Origin: Solirubrobacteraceae bacterium
Lineage (GTDB): Bacteria; Actinomycetota; Thermoleophilia; Solirubrobacterales; Solirubrobacteraceae
Reading direction: 5' to 3'
Length of the DNA stretch: 64,000 nucleotides
Assembly (NCBI GenBank): GCA_036495605.1
Contig: DASXMO010000145.1
Location: 3,604-67,603 of the forward strand
The notes under the pieces are model-generated. The model searched no databases. It had not been told where the DNA came from and was given only the letters and a program-made list of their open reading frames with translations. The translations under genes and the position numbers were made by a program. This document shows, piece by piece, positions 51,278 through 61,146 of this stretch. Positions within the stretch are counted from its first letter, which is position 1; the number at the start of each line of letters is the position of its first letter.

Positions 51278-52402
51278 TCATGCCGCGAGCGCCTCCTGGA
51301 GGACCACGCCCGGCGAGACACGCAGACGGGTGACGGTGGATGCCGTGCCGCCGGGAACGTGAGCCAGATCGGTGGTGGCGATGACGCTCTGACCACCGGT
51401 GGACAGCTCGCGGGCGAGCAGCTCCCGCCGATCGGCGTCAAGCTCGCTCATGACGTCGTCGAGCAGCATCAAGGGCATGCGAGCACGCTCGTGAGCGAGC
51501 GTCGAGCGCTCGGCGAGCAATAGAGCCAGCAGGGCGATGCGCTGCTCTCCCTGGGACCCGTACACACGCAGCTCACGGCCGTCACGCAGCAGGGCCAACT
51601 CGTCGCGATGAGGACCGTGACCGGAGAACCCGCGCTGCAGGTCCCCGTCGAGGCGCTCGCGCAGCTCACCGATGAGAGCCTCCTCGTCCGCTGCCCGCGT
51701 GCGCGGGCGGTACTCCAAGCGCGCATCGCCGCTGAGACCAAGCTGGCTTGCGCGGGCGGCGAAGGGCTCCGCCAGGAGATCGACCGCGCGTGTGCGGTTC
51801 TCGCGCAGCGCAAGCGCGTGCCTGGCCAACTGCAGATCCCAGGTGGAGATGCTCTCGCGAGAAACTGCACCGGAGCGGATGCGGGCGAGCAGTGCGTTCC
51901 GCTGAACCAGCACCTGTCCGTAGGCGCGGCGATCGGCGGCACGGGCGGGCCAGAAGCCGGCGACCACCTGATCGAGATGAGCGCGGCGCACGCTTGGAGC
52001 GCCCTTGAGCAGCTCCAGCCGGTCGGGCATGAACACGCTCAGGAGCGGTCGGTGCTCGACATCGAGCAGGCGCTCGGCGGGCGCGCCGTCGCTGCTCATG
52101 CGCTTGGCCGCGCCCGGCTCGAAGCCGACGCTTAGCTCGTGATCTGCTGTCCCTTGGCGGATACGCACGCTCACGCGGGCCGCCTGCTGCCCAAAACGCA
52201 CCAGCTCCCGCTCGTTGCGCGTGCGCGGCGAGCGGCCGGTGCAGCCGAAGTAGATCGCCTCGAGCAGGTTGGACTTACCAGCCCCGTTGGGACCGTGGAC
52301 GACCGTCAGACCAGGCCCGACGTCTGCTTTGGCACGCGTGTAAGTGCGGAAGTCGCGCATCTGCAAACCCAGCACTCGCACATCGTCCGATGCGCCGGCC
52401 AT
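51278..52402 (-). CDS. recF: DNA replication/repair protein RecF
   Basis: FRTY, GPNGAGKSNLLEAI, GSQGEQR, LLLDDVMSELD. Confidence 0.92.
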   Translation of the reverse strand: MAGASDDVRVLGLQMRDFRTYTRAKADVGPGLTVVHGPNGAGKSNLLEAIYFGCTGRSPRTRNERELVRFGQQAARVSVRIRQGTADHELSVGFEPGAAKRMSSDGAPAERLLDVEHRPLLSVFMPDRLELLKGAPSVRRAHLDQVVAGFWPARAADRRAYGQVLVQRNALLARIRSGAVSRESISTWDLQLARHALALRENRTRAVDLLAEPFAARASQLGLSGDARLEYRPRTRAADEEALIGELRERLDGDLQRGFSGHGPHRDELALLRDGRELRVYGSQGEQRIALLALLLAERSTLAHERARMPLMLLDDVMSELDADRRELLARELSTGGQSVIATTDLAHVPGGTASTVTRLRVSPGVVLQEALAA

Positions 52403-52406
52403 GAAC

Positions 52407-53519
52407 TCACACGTTCAGGCGGATGGGCATGATTAGGTATACAAAATCCCCCGACTCGGGGGATTCGATCAGGCCTGGACGCAGAGGGCTGATGAGCTTC
52501 AAGACGAGCTCGTCGGATTCGACGCTGTCCAAGCCATCGCGTAGGAACTCGGGGTTGAAACCGATCTCGAACGGCTCGCCTTTGAAGGGCACCGGGATCG
52601 TCTCCGAGGCCTCCCCGACATCGGGGGTCTGCGCCGAGATCGTCAGCTCGCCCTCGCGGAAGCCCAGACGGAGCGGCGTGTTCTTCTGCGCCAGTAGGCT
52701 GATGCGCCGGACGACGTCGCCCAGCTCGGCGCTGGCGATGCGCAGCTCGTGCTCAACCGACTCGGGGAGCAACTGCCGGTAGTTGGGGAACTGGCCGTCG
52801 ATCAGCCGGGATGACAAGACGACGTCGCCCAGCTCGAAGATCACCTGGTTCTGCCCGACGCTCACCGCGAGCGTCTCGGCCGCATCCTGTTGAGCGATGC
52901 GCGCGAGCTCCTGCAACGCACGCGCGGGGATGTTCGCCTCCAGTGATCCTTGCAGCGGAGCCTCCAATGCAGACTCCTTGACGGACAGGCGATAGGAGTC
53001 GGTGGCGACCATGCGCAGTTGTTGCGCAGACGCCGACATCAGGATCCCGGTCAGTACAGGGCGCGTCTCGTCACGCGAAGCCGACCGGGCTACCTGCGAG
53101 ACCGTCTGTACGAACGCCGCGGTTGGGAGCGTAATGCGGGTGTCGGGCGATGGGGCCGGAAGAGATGGGAAATCCTCAGACCGAAGCGTGCGTAGATGGA
53201 AGTTCGCTGAGCCGCAGATGAGCTCGACATCTTGCTCGGCGGTACGCAGCTCCAAGGTCAAACGGTCGGATGGGAGTGTTCGGACGACGTCGAGGAAGAG
53301 TCGTCCGGGAAGGACAACGGCTCCTGGGCGCTCTACATCAGCAGAGAGAGGGACGCGTAGGCCGATTTCCGTATCGGTAGCCAGTAGCTCGGGGGTTGCG
53401 CCATCGACTGCGGAGAGCATGACCCCAGAAAGGGCTTGGACTGCGCTTCGTGTAGAAGCCACACGCGTGGTCGTCTGCAACTGTGCGAGGAGATCTGCGG
53501 TAGATAGAGATAGCTTCAC
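52407..53519 (-). CDS. dnaN: DNA polymerase III beta clamp
   Basis: ATDTEI, SRDETRPVLTG, VATDSYRL, IDGQFPNY, FNPEFL, LIMPIRL; GTG start at 53519. Confidence 0.93.
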   Translation of the reverse strand: MKLSLSTADLLAQLQTTTRVASTRSAVQALSGVMLSAVDGATPELLATDTEIGLRVPLSADVERPGAVVLPGRLFLDVVRTLPSDRLTLELRTAEQDVELICGSANFHLRTLRSEDFPSLPAPSPDTRITLPTAAFVQTVSQVARSASRDETRPVLTGILMSASAQQLRMVATDSYRLSVKESALEAPLQGSLEANIPARALQELARIAQQDAAETLAVSVGQNQVIFELGDVVLSSRLIDGQFPNYRQLLPESVEHELRIASAELGDVVRRISLLAQKNTPLRLGFREGELTISAQTPDVGEASETIPVPFKGEPFEIGFNPEFLRDGLDSVESDELVLKLISPLRPGLIESPESGDFVYLIMPIRLNV

Positions 53520-53716
53520 TGGTGCACCTGGGAGTAGGTAGAAGTCAGTAGGGGCTGTGTGGTTGTGGTTATCTCGGGTACGTCGCTTGTCTAAGCGAAA
53601 TAAGGACGGGTGGCGCCTGTGGGCGAACCTGTGGAGTCTTTCAGGCCGAGCGGTCGTGGTGTGTTGAGAGGCTTGGTGCTGGTCCAGGCTGGAGGGTTGC
53701 GAGGAGGTTGTCCACA
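53520..53716. promoter_or_regulatory. Replication origin oriC (DnaA-trios, GC spacer, DnaA boxes)
   Basis: TAGGTAGAAGTCAGTAG-GGGC-TGTGTGGTTGTGGTTAT at 53535-53572; degenerate boxes at 53618 and 53630; TTGTCCACA at 53708-53716; dnaA-dnaN position. Confidence 0.75.
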
Positions 53717-55095
53717 AGCTCACGGGTATGAGCGTCTGCTGCCATACGCGCTTCCGTTCGCCGGTGGGCGTGCATGACCGTAGTGTGGTCGCGCCCGCCG
53801 AAGTGCCGACCGATGGCGGGTAGGGATTCGCTGGTGAGCTCCCGCGCAAGGTACATGGCGATCTGGCGAGGTCCAGAGATCCGGGCGGTGCGCGAGGTGG
53901 AGATGAGCTCCTCCGCGGTCAACCCGAACTGTTGGCATGCGGCTGCGGTTATGTCCCCGATCGTAGGCGGTCCCGTTCGGGTGCGAGGTTGACCGCTTGG
54001 GTAGAGCCCGTCGAGGACCTCGAGGGTCAGCTCTTCGGTTAGGGCTCGCCCGGTCAGTGAGCTGTAGGCGACGACACGGATGAGGGCCCCCTCGATGGCA
54101 CGAACGTTCTCACGCACACGGTCGGCGATTAGCTGCAAGGGGGTCTCGTCGGGGAGATCGAGATCGTCGTGCTGAGCGCGCTTACGGAGGATGGTCATAC
54201 GTGTCGCGTCGTCGGGCGGGCGGATGTCGGCTACGAGACCGGACTCGAAGCGCTCACGTAGACGGTCCTCGAGAGCCTGCAGGTCGCGAGGTGGCCGATC
54301 GGAGCTCAGCACGATCTGCCGGCCGCTGTCGTAGAGCGCGTTGAACGTGTGGAAGAACTCCTCCTCGGTTCGTGTCTTGCGCTCGAAGAACTGGACGTCG
54401 TCGACCAGCAGGACATCGACGTGGCGGAAGCGTGCCTTGAAAACGTCGATGCGCCGGTCCGAGAGGGCCCCGAGGAAGTCATTCGTGAAGGCCTCTCCGG
54501 TCGTCACGCGTACGCTCAGGCCTGGATTGTGTGCGGTCAACAGGTCGGCGATTGAGCTGAGCAGGTGGGTCTTGCCAACGCCGGGCGGGCCGCAGATGAA
54601 CAGCGGGTTGTAGGCCTGTGCCGGCATCTCGGCGACCGTCAACGCGGCGGCATGCGCCAAACGGTTGCAGTCGCCGATGACGAACTGATCGAAAGTCAGC
54701 TTTGGGTTTGGGAGGGCGCAGGCGCGTGGGGGGCGCTCAGTTGCGTTATCACCGGACCAGTTAGAGGGTTCGCTAGGCCCGGGCTGGGTTTGCCGGGGAG
54801 GTTGGCGCCCGTCTTCTGGGGTGGCTTTGTCTAGCTGGACGCCCGCCCGGGAGGGAGGGACGAGATCGATCACGACATCGTCCCCCATCACCGTGGCCGC
54901 GCAGGCCTGTATCACCCGTCCGAATCGATCCCTTACCCAGCCGTATGATTGAGGCGGCGCTTCTACCCGAATGTGCCCGTGAGAGAGCTCGGCGGCTCGT
55001 AGAGGCTCCAACCAGATGCGGAATGTGTCCTCGCCGACGGCGTCGGCGAGCTCGGCCTGCACGCGTGACCATATGTGCTCCAGCTCGGCGCTCAC
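53641..55095 (-). CDS. dnaA: Chromosomal replication initiator DnaA
   Basis: YNPLFICGPPGVGKTHL, LLVDDVQF, EEFFHTFN, RQIAMYLAREL, FGGRDHTTVMHA. Confidence 0.95.
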   Translation of the reverse strand: MSAELEHIWSRVQAELADAVGEDTFRIWLEPLRAAELSHGHIRVEAPPQSYGWVRDRFGRVIQACAATVMGDDVVIDLVPPSRAGVQLDKATPEDGRQPPRQTQPGPSEPSNWSGDNATERPPRACALPNPKLTFDQFVIGDCNRLAHAAALTVAEMPAQAYNPLFICGPPGVGKTHLLSSIADLLTAHNPGLSVRVTTGEAFTNDFLGALSDRRIDVFKARFRHVDVLLVDDVQFFERKTRTEEEFFHTFNALYDSGRQIVLSSDRPPRDLQALEDRLRERFESGLVADIRPPDDATRMTILRKRAQHDDLDLPDETPLQLIADRVRENVRAIEGALIRVVAYSSLTGRALTEELTLEVLDGLYPSGQPRTRTGPPTIGDITAAACQQFGLTAEELISTSRTARISGPRQIAMYLARELTSESLPAIGRHFGGRDHTTVMHAHRRTEARMAADAHTRELVDNLLATLQPGPAPSLSTHHDRSA

Positions 55096-55338
55096 AGCAG
55101 CGTCAACCCGCTCCTCCTGGGAGAAAGATCTCGATCATCTAGTCAGGGGACCCGCGAAAGGCCCGGTCTGGCGACTATATCCGAGGTTCGCCGCCGCCGG
55201 CCTTCGCTGCCCGCATTTGGCGAGAAAAATCCTCGACGAGCGATCGGTCCTATACTTCTGTGCCGTGTCGCCGCCTCCGGCGGTGTGTGATCCGGGTTGC
55301 CGTGGCAGGAACGCGGCGCCTGGCGGAGAATGAGGAAG

Positions 55339-55473
55339 ATGAAGCGCACCTATCAACCAAAGAAGCGCAAGCGCGCCCGTACCCACGGGTTTCGCGCACG
55401 CATGAGCTCGCGCGCTGGTCGGCTGACACTCAAGCGCCGCCGCGACAAGGGCCGCAAGCGCCTGTCCGCTTAG
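55339..55473 (+). CDS. rpmH: 50S ribosomal protein L34
   Basis: Translates to [44 protein letters not shown] (absent from the ORF track). Confidence 0.95.
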   Translation: MKRTYQPKKRKRARTHGFRARMSSRAGRLTLKRRRDKGRKRLSA

Positions 55474-55522
55474 GACGGATGGCGGCGATGGCGTGCTCAG
55501 GCGCGACCGAGCCTGGTGCACG

Positions 55523-55933
55523 ATGAGAGCACCGAGCCAGACCGGCAGCAGGCGTTTGTCGCGCAGCGCCGAGTTCGAGCGTGTCTACCGACACGGTCGA
55601 TCGACAGCCAACCGGCACCTGGTTCTCTATACGTTCCCAAACGCGTCCACCTCGCGCGCGCGGCTGGGCCTGTCGGTCTCCCGCAAGGTCGGCGGCGCGG
55701 TTGAGCGCAACCACGTCAAGCGCCTGCTGCGTGAGGCGTTTGCTGAGGTGGAGGGCGAGCTCGATCCTGCGCAGGACATCGTCGTCGTGGCCCGTCCGGA
55801 GATCCGTGAGTTGGCCGAGCGCGACGGGTTGGAAGGGGTCAGCGGAACGCTCGGTGAGCTGATCGAGCGGTCGCGTCTACGTCAGCGCGAGGGCTCCACT
55901 GCTGGCGGGCTCTCCGGAGCAGAGTCCTCATGA
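55523..55933 (+). CDS. rnpA: Ribonuclease P protein component
   Basis: RLGLSVSRKVGGAVERNHVKRLLREAF. Confidence 0.92.
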   Translation: MRAPSQTGSRRLSRSAEFERVYRHGRSTANRHLVLYTFPNASTSRARLGLSVSRKVGGAVERNHVKRLLREAFAEVEGELDPAQDIVVVARPEIRELAERDGLEGVSGTLGELIERSRLRQREGSTAGGLSGAESS

Positions 55934-56235
55934 GCACGATGCGCTCTTCGTCCTCGCAGGCCGGCGTGAGCCCGGTCACGCGGGTCCTGCGTGCCGTTGT
56001 GCTGGCCCCGATCGTGGTCTACCGCAAGGTGATCTCGCCGGCGCTGCCCAGACGTTGCAAGTACGAGCCGACGTGCTCGCACTATGCCATCGATGCGATC
56101 GGCGCCTACGGCATACTGCGAGGGGTCGTGCTCGCCGTCTGGCGTGTGCTCAGGTGCAACCCGTGGAGCGACGGCGGGTACGATCCAGTGCAGTCCCAAC
56201 GAGTGTTCAAGGTCCGTGCGCACACCGGCGGCTGA
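55930..56235 (+). CDS. yidD: Membrane protein insertion efficiency factor
   Basis: CKYEPTCSHYA...RVLRCNPWSDGGYDPV. Confidence 0.92.
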   Translation: MSTMRSSSSQAGVSPVTRVLRAVVLAPIVVYRKVISPALPRRCKYEPTCSHYAIDAIGAYGILRGVVLAVWRVLRCNPWSDGGYDPVQSQRVFKVRAHTGG

Positions 56236-56344
56236 GCTCATGCGGGAAGATCGCCGCCGCAACCGTGCGCGCCGCGCGCGCGGGTACGTCAGTCCGAGCC
56301 ATCACCGACACCGCCCACCGATAGCGCCGACCTCGCCCTAACGC

Positions 56345-57322
56345 ATGCCGATCTTCGCCAACATCATCGAGGAAGCCTTCTCGCCACTGATCAATCTGTT
56401 CGAATCGATCATGGTGTTCATTCACGCGCACCTGGTCGGTGGCAGTTGGGGCCTGGCGATCGTCGGCCTGACCGTTCTAACGAGGGCGGTGCTCGTCCCG
56501 CTGACCTTCAAGCAGCTGCGCTCGATGCAGGAAATGCAGCGGATGGCGCCGGAGATCAACAAGCTGAAAGAGAAGTACAAGGAGGACAAACAGCGCCAGC
56601 AGCAGGAGATCATGAAGTTCTACCAGGAGAACAAAATAAATCCCCTGGCGTCGTGTCTGCCGTTCCTGCTGCAGCTCCCGGTGTTCATCTCGCTCTTCTA
56701 CATGCTGCGTACGGACCTCAAGTTCGACATCTGCGGACCGCAGCTGCGCGAGTACTACACGCGCGAACTGCACCGCCCGATCACGAAGAACAGCCAGATC
56801 CCCGAACACGCGGTCAAAGTCATGGGCCACACGGTCAAAGGTTTGACCGAAGTGGGCTGCAACGTCGTTGCGCCGGGCTCGGCGAAGTTCCTGTTCATCC
56901 CCGACATCACCTACAAGGCGACAGGTGCGGTGCTGATCGTGCTGATCGCTGTGTACATCGGCTCGCAGATCGCCTCTACGCTGATGGCCACTGCTACCGC
57001 GGACCCGAACCAGCGACGCATGATGCTGCTGCTCCCACTCGTCATCGTCGCGTTCCTGTTCCGCTACCCCGCTGGTCTGCTGGTGTACTGGATCACCACG
57101 AACCTGTGGACGATCGGCCAGCAGTACTTCATCAAACAGCGCATGCCCCCGCCGGTCAGGCCACAGGACGCCGACGGTGGAGCCTCCTCCTCACCCAACG
57201 GTAAGGCCAAGGCTCCAGCTAAGGCCGCGCTTGCCGGAGCGGCCGCGGGTGGCGTGAGCGCTGGAGCCAGCCCGCCGCCGCCTCCCCGCCGGAAGAAGAA
57301 GCGCTCGGGTAGGCGACGATGA
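56345..57322 (+). CDS. yidC: Membrane protein insertase YidC/Oxa1
   Basis: WGLAIVGLTVL, PEINKLKEKYK, NPLASCLP, LLVYW. Confidence 0.92.
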   Translation: MPIFANIIEEAFSPLINLFESIMVFIHAHLVGGSWGLAIVGLTVLTRAVLVPLTFKQLRSMQEMQRMAPEINKLKEKYKEDKQRQQQEIMKFYQENKINPLASCLPFLLQLPVFISLFYMLRTDLKFDICGPQLREYYTRELHRPITKNSQIPEHAVKVMGHTVKGLTEVGCNVVAPGSAKFLFIPDITYKATGAVLIVLIAVYIGSQIASTLMATATADPNQRRMMLLLPLVIVAFLFRYPAGLLVYWITTNLWTIGQQYFIKQRMPPPVRPQDADGGASSSPNGKAKAPAKAALAGAAAGGVSAGASPPPPPRRKKKRSGRRR

Positions 57323-57816
57323 ACGAGCGGGACCAAAACACGGACGACGCGGAGTTGGAGGACGATGAGCCCGCGGCGTTGCTCGAAGACCTGCTCGAGG
57401 AGATCGCCGACGGTCTCGACCTTGACGTCGAGATCGACGTACAGGAAGACGACGGTCTGCTGAAGGGCAACCTGCGCGGCGAGGACGTCGGCCTGTTCAT
57501 CGGCCGCCGCGGGCAGACGATCGACGCGGTTCAACACCTCGCCCAGCGAATCGTCTTTCACGAGGGCCCATCGGACGTGCGGATCGTGATCGACGCTGAC
57601 GGCTATCGAGAGCGCCGCGCGGAGACACTTCGGGGTGACGCTGATGAAGCAGCCGGGGAGGCACTACGCACGGGCCGTCCCGTGGAGATGGACCCAATGC
57701 CCGCCTCGGAGCGCAGGGTCGTCCACGAGCACCTGCGCGATCGAGGCGACGTGGAGACCCACAGCGAGGGCGACGAGCCCGAGCGGCGGTTGGTGGTCTC
57801 GCCGCGCGCCGACTGA
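57319..57816 (+). CDS. jag: Jag/KhpB-type RNA-binding protein (KH plus R3H)
   Basis: IGRRGQTIDAVQ, PMPASERRVVH, THSEGDEPERRLVV. Confidence 0.85.
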   Translation: MNERDQNTDDAELEDDEPAALLEDLLEEIADGLDLDVEIDVQEDDGLLKGNLRGEDVGLFIGRRGQTIDAVQHLAQRIVFHEGPSDVRIVIDADGYRERRAETLRGDADEAAGEALRTGRPVEMDPMPASERRVVHEHLRDRGDVETHSEGDEPERRLVVSPRAD

Positions 57817-57843
57817 CGCGCGCTTACGGCGGGCGAGGCGGAG

Positions 57844-57859
57844 TGTTTCACGGAAAACA
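57844..57859. promoter_or_regulatory. parS centromere-like site
   Basis: TGTTTCACGGAAAACA matches TGTTTCACGTGAAACA at 14/16 and lies near parAB/oriC. Confidence 0.8.
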
Positions 57860-57889
57860 CTTGGGCCCGAACCAGAGGGTTGCAGCGCG

Positions 57890-58591
57890 GTGACGACCCT
57901 CTTCGGCGGCGGTGATCCGGCGTGGGGTCACGGCCTCAGCCAACGGCAGGGCTCGCAACTCGAGGCGCTGTTGCACTTGATCGAATCGGACGAGCACGCC
58001 CCGACGACGGTGCGTCGGGCCGATGAGGCCGCGGGTGTGCACGTCGCCGACTCGTTGACGGCGCTGGAGCTCGAGTGGATTCGCTCCGCCGCTTACATCG
58101 CGGACCTCGGCTCGGGCTCAGGGTTCCCAGGCCTCGCACTTGCGGTCGCCCTGCCTGGAGTCGAGGTCACGCTGGTGGAGAGCCAGCGCCGCAAGTGTGA
58201 GTTCCTCCAGCGGGCCTGCTTGAGCGCGGAGATTGAGAACGCGCGCGTCGTGTGGGCGCGCGCGGAGGAGTGGCGCGAGGGGATAGACCGCGCGGATGTG
58301 GTTGTGGCGCGGGCGCTGGCGCCCCAGCCGGTGGTGCTCGAGTACGCCGCGCCGCTGCTGCGTATCGGGGGCGCGCTTGTTGATTGGCGCGGTCGGCGCC
58401 GCGCCGATGAGGAGTCAGCCACCGACTGCGCCGCCGAGCAGCTCGGGCTGCGCCTGCTGGAGGTACGCCACACCGAGCCGTATGAGGGGGCTCGTGATCA
58501 TTATCTGCACGTGTTCGAGAAGGCGACCGAGACTCCGCCGCGATTTCCTCGCCGAGCGGGGATGGCCCGCAAGCGCCCCCTTGGTTGCTGA
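57890..58591 (+). CDS. rsmG: 16S rRNA m7G527 methyltransferase
   Basis: HVADSL, DLGSGSGFPGL, LVESQRRK, RAEE, VVARA motifs. Confidence 0.9.
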   Translation: MTTLFGGGDPAWGHGLSQRQGSQLEALLHLIESDEHAPTTVRRADEAAGVHVADSLTALELEWIRSAAYIADLGSGSGFPGLALAVALPGVEVTLVESQRRKCEFLQRACLSAEIENARVVWARAEEWREGIDRADVVVARALAPQPVVLEYAAPLLRIGGALVDWRGRRRADEESATDCAAEQLGLRLLEVRHTEPYEGARDHYLHVFEKATETPPRFPRRAGMARKRPLGC

Positions 58592-58604
58592 TAGCTTGCG
58601 CTCG

Positions 58605-59363
58605 GTGGGCACGGTTTATGCGATTGCCAACCAGAAGGGCGGCGTCGGTAAGACGACGACTGCGGTGAATGTTGCCGCGTGCATCGCCGAGGCGGGGTAC
58701 CGAACGCTGCTGGTCGATGTCGATCCACAGGCGAATGCGACGGTCGGACTTGGGGTCGCCCGCACTCAATCACCTGGGCTGTACGAGGTTCTGACAGGTG
58801 TCACTACGGCAGTGGAGGCGCTGACGGAGGGCAGCGTTCCCGGACTGCAGGTTCTGCCGGCGGGCGCCGGTCTGGCCGGCGCGAACGTGGAGCTGCCGCG
58901 CATTGAGGGCTTCGAGCAGAGACTGCGCGAGTGTCTGGAGCCGCTGCGGGCTCAGTTCGAGTACATCCTCCTGGACTGTCCACCGTCCCTGGGACCTTTG
59001 ACCGTCAGCGCCCTGGTCGCGGCCGACCGGGTGATCGTGCCAGTGCAGACCGAGTACTTCGCCCTCGAGGGACTCGCTGGTCTCCTCGACACGTTGGCGC
59101 TGGTCAGACGCGAGCTGAACCCGAACCTGACTGTGGCGGGCATGCTGCTGACGATGCACGACTCGCGTACGCGGCTGGGACGAGATGTCGAGCGGGAAGT
59201 ACGCGCGCACTTCCCGGATCTCGTGTTCGAGACGGTGATCCCCCGCAACGTGCGCGTGGGTGAGGCGCCGAGCTATGGGCTTCCAGTTACCCATCACGAT
59301 CCCCACAGTGCGGGCGCGGAGGCGTACTTCGAGCTGGCCAAGGAGGTGGCCGCCCGTGGCTAG
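58605..59363 (+). CDS. parA: Chromosome partitioning ATPase ParA/Soj
   Basis: NQKGGVGKTTT, DVDPQANAT, DCPPSLG, IPRNVRVGEAPSYG; GTG 7 nt after TAGCTT. Confidence 0.93.
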   Translation: MGTVYAIANQKGGVGKTTTAVNVAACIAEAGYRTLLVDVDPQANATVGLGVARTQSPGLYEVLTGVTTAVEALTEGSVPGLQVLPAGAGLAGANVELPRIEGFEQRLRECLEPLRAQFEYILLDCPPSLGPLTVSALVAADRVIVPVQTEYFALEGLAGLLDTLALVRRELNPNLTVAGMLLTMHDSRTRLGRDVEREVRAHFPDLVFETVIPRNVRVGEAPSYGLPVTHHDPHSAGAEAYFELAKEVAARG

Positions 59364-60258
59364 GCCAAAACCGGGGATGGGACGGGGCCTCGACGCGATC
59401 CTCTCGGTCTCGAGCGAGGGAGCGGTGACACGTGAGCAGGAATTGCGCGAGTTGCCGCTCGATCAGATCGCGCCGAGCCCCACGCAGCCGCGGCGGCGCT
59501 TCGACCAGGATGCGCTGCAGGCGCTCGCGGGATCGCTTGGCGACCGGGGCGTGTTGCAACCGGTGCTCGTGCGCCCCCGGCCCGGCGGCACCTACGAGCT
59601 TGTGGCCGGCGAGCGGCGTTGGCGCGCGGCGCAGATAGCCGGCCTGGCCACGATCCCTGCGCTCGTGCGTCCGCGCGACGACGCCGAAACGCTCGAGCTG
59701 GCGCTGATCGAGAACATGGCCCGCGAGGACCTCAACCCGATCGAGGAGGCCCGGGCCTGCGCCGCGCTCGTCGAGGAGCTCGGGCTCACCCGCGAGGAGG
59801 TCGGCCGCCGCGTGGGCCGCAGCCGCGTGGCGGTCAGCAACCTGGTCCGGCTGTTGGACCTCCCAGACGAGGTGATCGAGCTGCTGCAGGAGGGCTCCTT
59901 GAGCGAGGGGCATGGCCGAGCGCTGCTCCTGGCCGAGGACCACAGCGTCCGCGTCGGGCTGGCGAGAACCGCGGTACAGGATGGGTGGTCGGTGCGCACC
60001 GTCGAAGCGCGCGCGAGAGAGGAAAACGCGCGCGCGGGAAAGGGTGCGCGCAGCAGACGAGACCCTTCGGCGGGAGGGCTTCACCCGGACCAGGAGCAGG
60101 CTGCGCGCGAGATCGCCGATGCGCTCGGCGCGGCGCTCGGCGCGGAGGTTCAGGTAAAGCCCGCGCGCGGCGGCGGCTATCGCGCCGAGATGAGGTTCGC
60201 CACTCCGCAGGAGGCGCTCGAGCTGACCCGGCGGCTGCGGCCTCGCGCCGTCGGCTAA
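59356..60258 (+). CDS. parB: Chromosome partitioning protein ParB/Spo0J
   Basis: GMGRGLDAIL, GVLQPVLVR, AGERRWRAA, ENMAREDLNPIEEA. Confidence 0.93.
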   Translation: MARPKPGMGRGLDAILSVSSEGAVTREQELRELPLDQIAPSPTQPRRRFDQDALQALAGSLGDRGVLQPVLVRPRPGGTYELVAGERRWRAAQIAGLATIPALVRPRDDAETLELALIENMAREDLNPIEEARACAALVEELGLTREEVGRRVGRSRVAVSNLVRLLDLPDEVIELLQEGSLSEGHGRALLLAEDHSVRVGLARTAVQDGWSVRTVEARAREENARAGKGARSRRDPSAGGLHPDQEQAAREIADALGAALGAEVQVKPARGGGYRAEMRFATPQEALELTRRLRPRAVG

Positions 60259-60341
60259 TCGCTTCCTGGGCTGCTGGTGCTCAAGCGCGCTGACCTGGAG
60301 TCTTCGCCTCGTAGTGGTCCCGCGCGCGTACCGACGACCGC

Positions 60342-60347
60342 TAGAAT
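60342..60347 (+). promoter_or_regulatory. -10 element of the tRNA-Ile promoter
   Basis: TAGAAT 10 nt upstream of the tRNA 5' end. Confidence 0.55.
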
Positions 60348-60357
60348 CCCCGCCCGC

Positions 60358-60431
<74 letters not shown>

Positions 60432-60433
60432 TC

Positions 60434-60751
60434 ATGACTACAGCCGAGATCGTCGATCGCGCCGCCTATCTGCTGGCCGATGCGGTGCCGCCGGAGTCGA
60501 AGGTGATCCTCTTTGGGTCTTACAGCCGTGGGGATGCCAAAGCCGACAGCGACTTCGACTTCCTCGTGATCGAGCCTTCGGTTTCCAGTAAGGCGAAGGA
60601 GATGGTACGTCTGCGCGCTGTGCTCGACCCGCTCAGGGTGGCTGCAGATGTTGTGGTCGTGCCCCGTGAGTACGTGGAGGAATGGGGGGAGGTCCCGGGG
60701 ACCCTGATCTACGATGCGCTGACGGAGGGCCGTGTCCTCGCCGAAACGTGA
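60434..60751 (+). CDS. Minimal nucleotidyltransferase (MNT)
   Basis: LFGSYSRGDAKADSDFDFLV, matching GSx10DxD. Confidence 0.85.
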   Translation: MTTAEIVDRAAYLLADAVPPESKVILFGSYSRGDAKADSDFDFLVIEPSVSSKAKEMVRLRAVLDPLRVAADVVVVPREYVEEWGEVPGTLIYDALTEGRVLAET

Positions 60752-61139
60752 TGCGGTTGATCTCGCCGCCCTGTTCTCCCGTAAGGCCCGCAGCGACGAG
60801 ATCGCGCTCGACAAGCTCACGGACGATCCAGACGTTCCCGATGATGTCATCGGCTTTCATGCCCAACAGGCGCTGGAGAAGATGTTGAAGGCGGCCCTCG
60901 CGCACGCCGGGGCTGAGCCACCGCGAATTCATGACCTTGGGGAGCTGATCGCCCTGCTCGGGGACGCGGGACTGTCGCAGCCATCCTCCGCCGACGAGGC
61001 GCGCGCCCTCGTTCCGTGGGCGGTCGAGTTCCGCTACGACGATATCCTCGACGAACAGCTTGATCGCGTGGCGGCCCGCGATGCCGTCTGGGAGATGCGC
61101 ATCTGGCTTGACGAGTTGCTTGCCAGCCCGCTGGCCTGA
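60732..61139 (+). CDS. HEPN domain protein
   Basis: FHAQQALEKMLKA...HDL...FRY; overlaps the MNT gene by 20 nt. Confidence 0.85.
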   Translation: MSSPKRDAVDLAALFSRKARSDEIALDKLTDDPDVPDDVIGFHAQQALEKMLKAALAHAGAEPPRIHDLGELIALLGDAGLSQPSSADEARALVPWAVEFRYDDILDEQLDRVAARDAVWEMRIWLDELLASPLA

Positions 61140-61146
61140 GCGATCA

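Noticed and set aside
57635-57889. N-terminal extension of rsmG, and similar extensions of dnaN, gyrB, parA and the Wzx gene in the ORF track
   Set aside because: They overlap upstream genes or regulatory sites; downstream starts fit family N-termini and RBS or -10 spacing.
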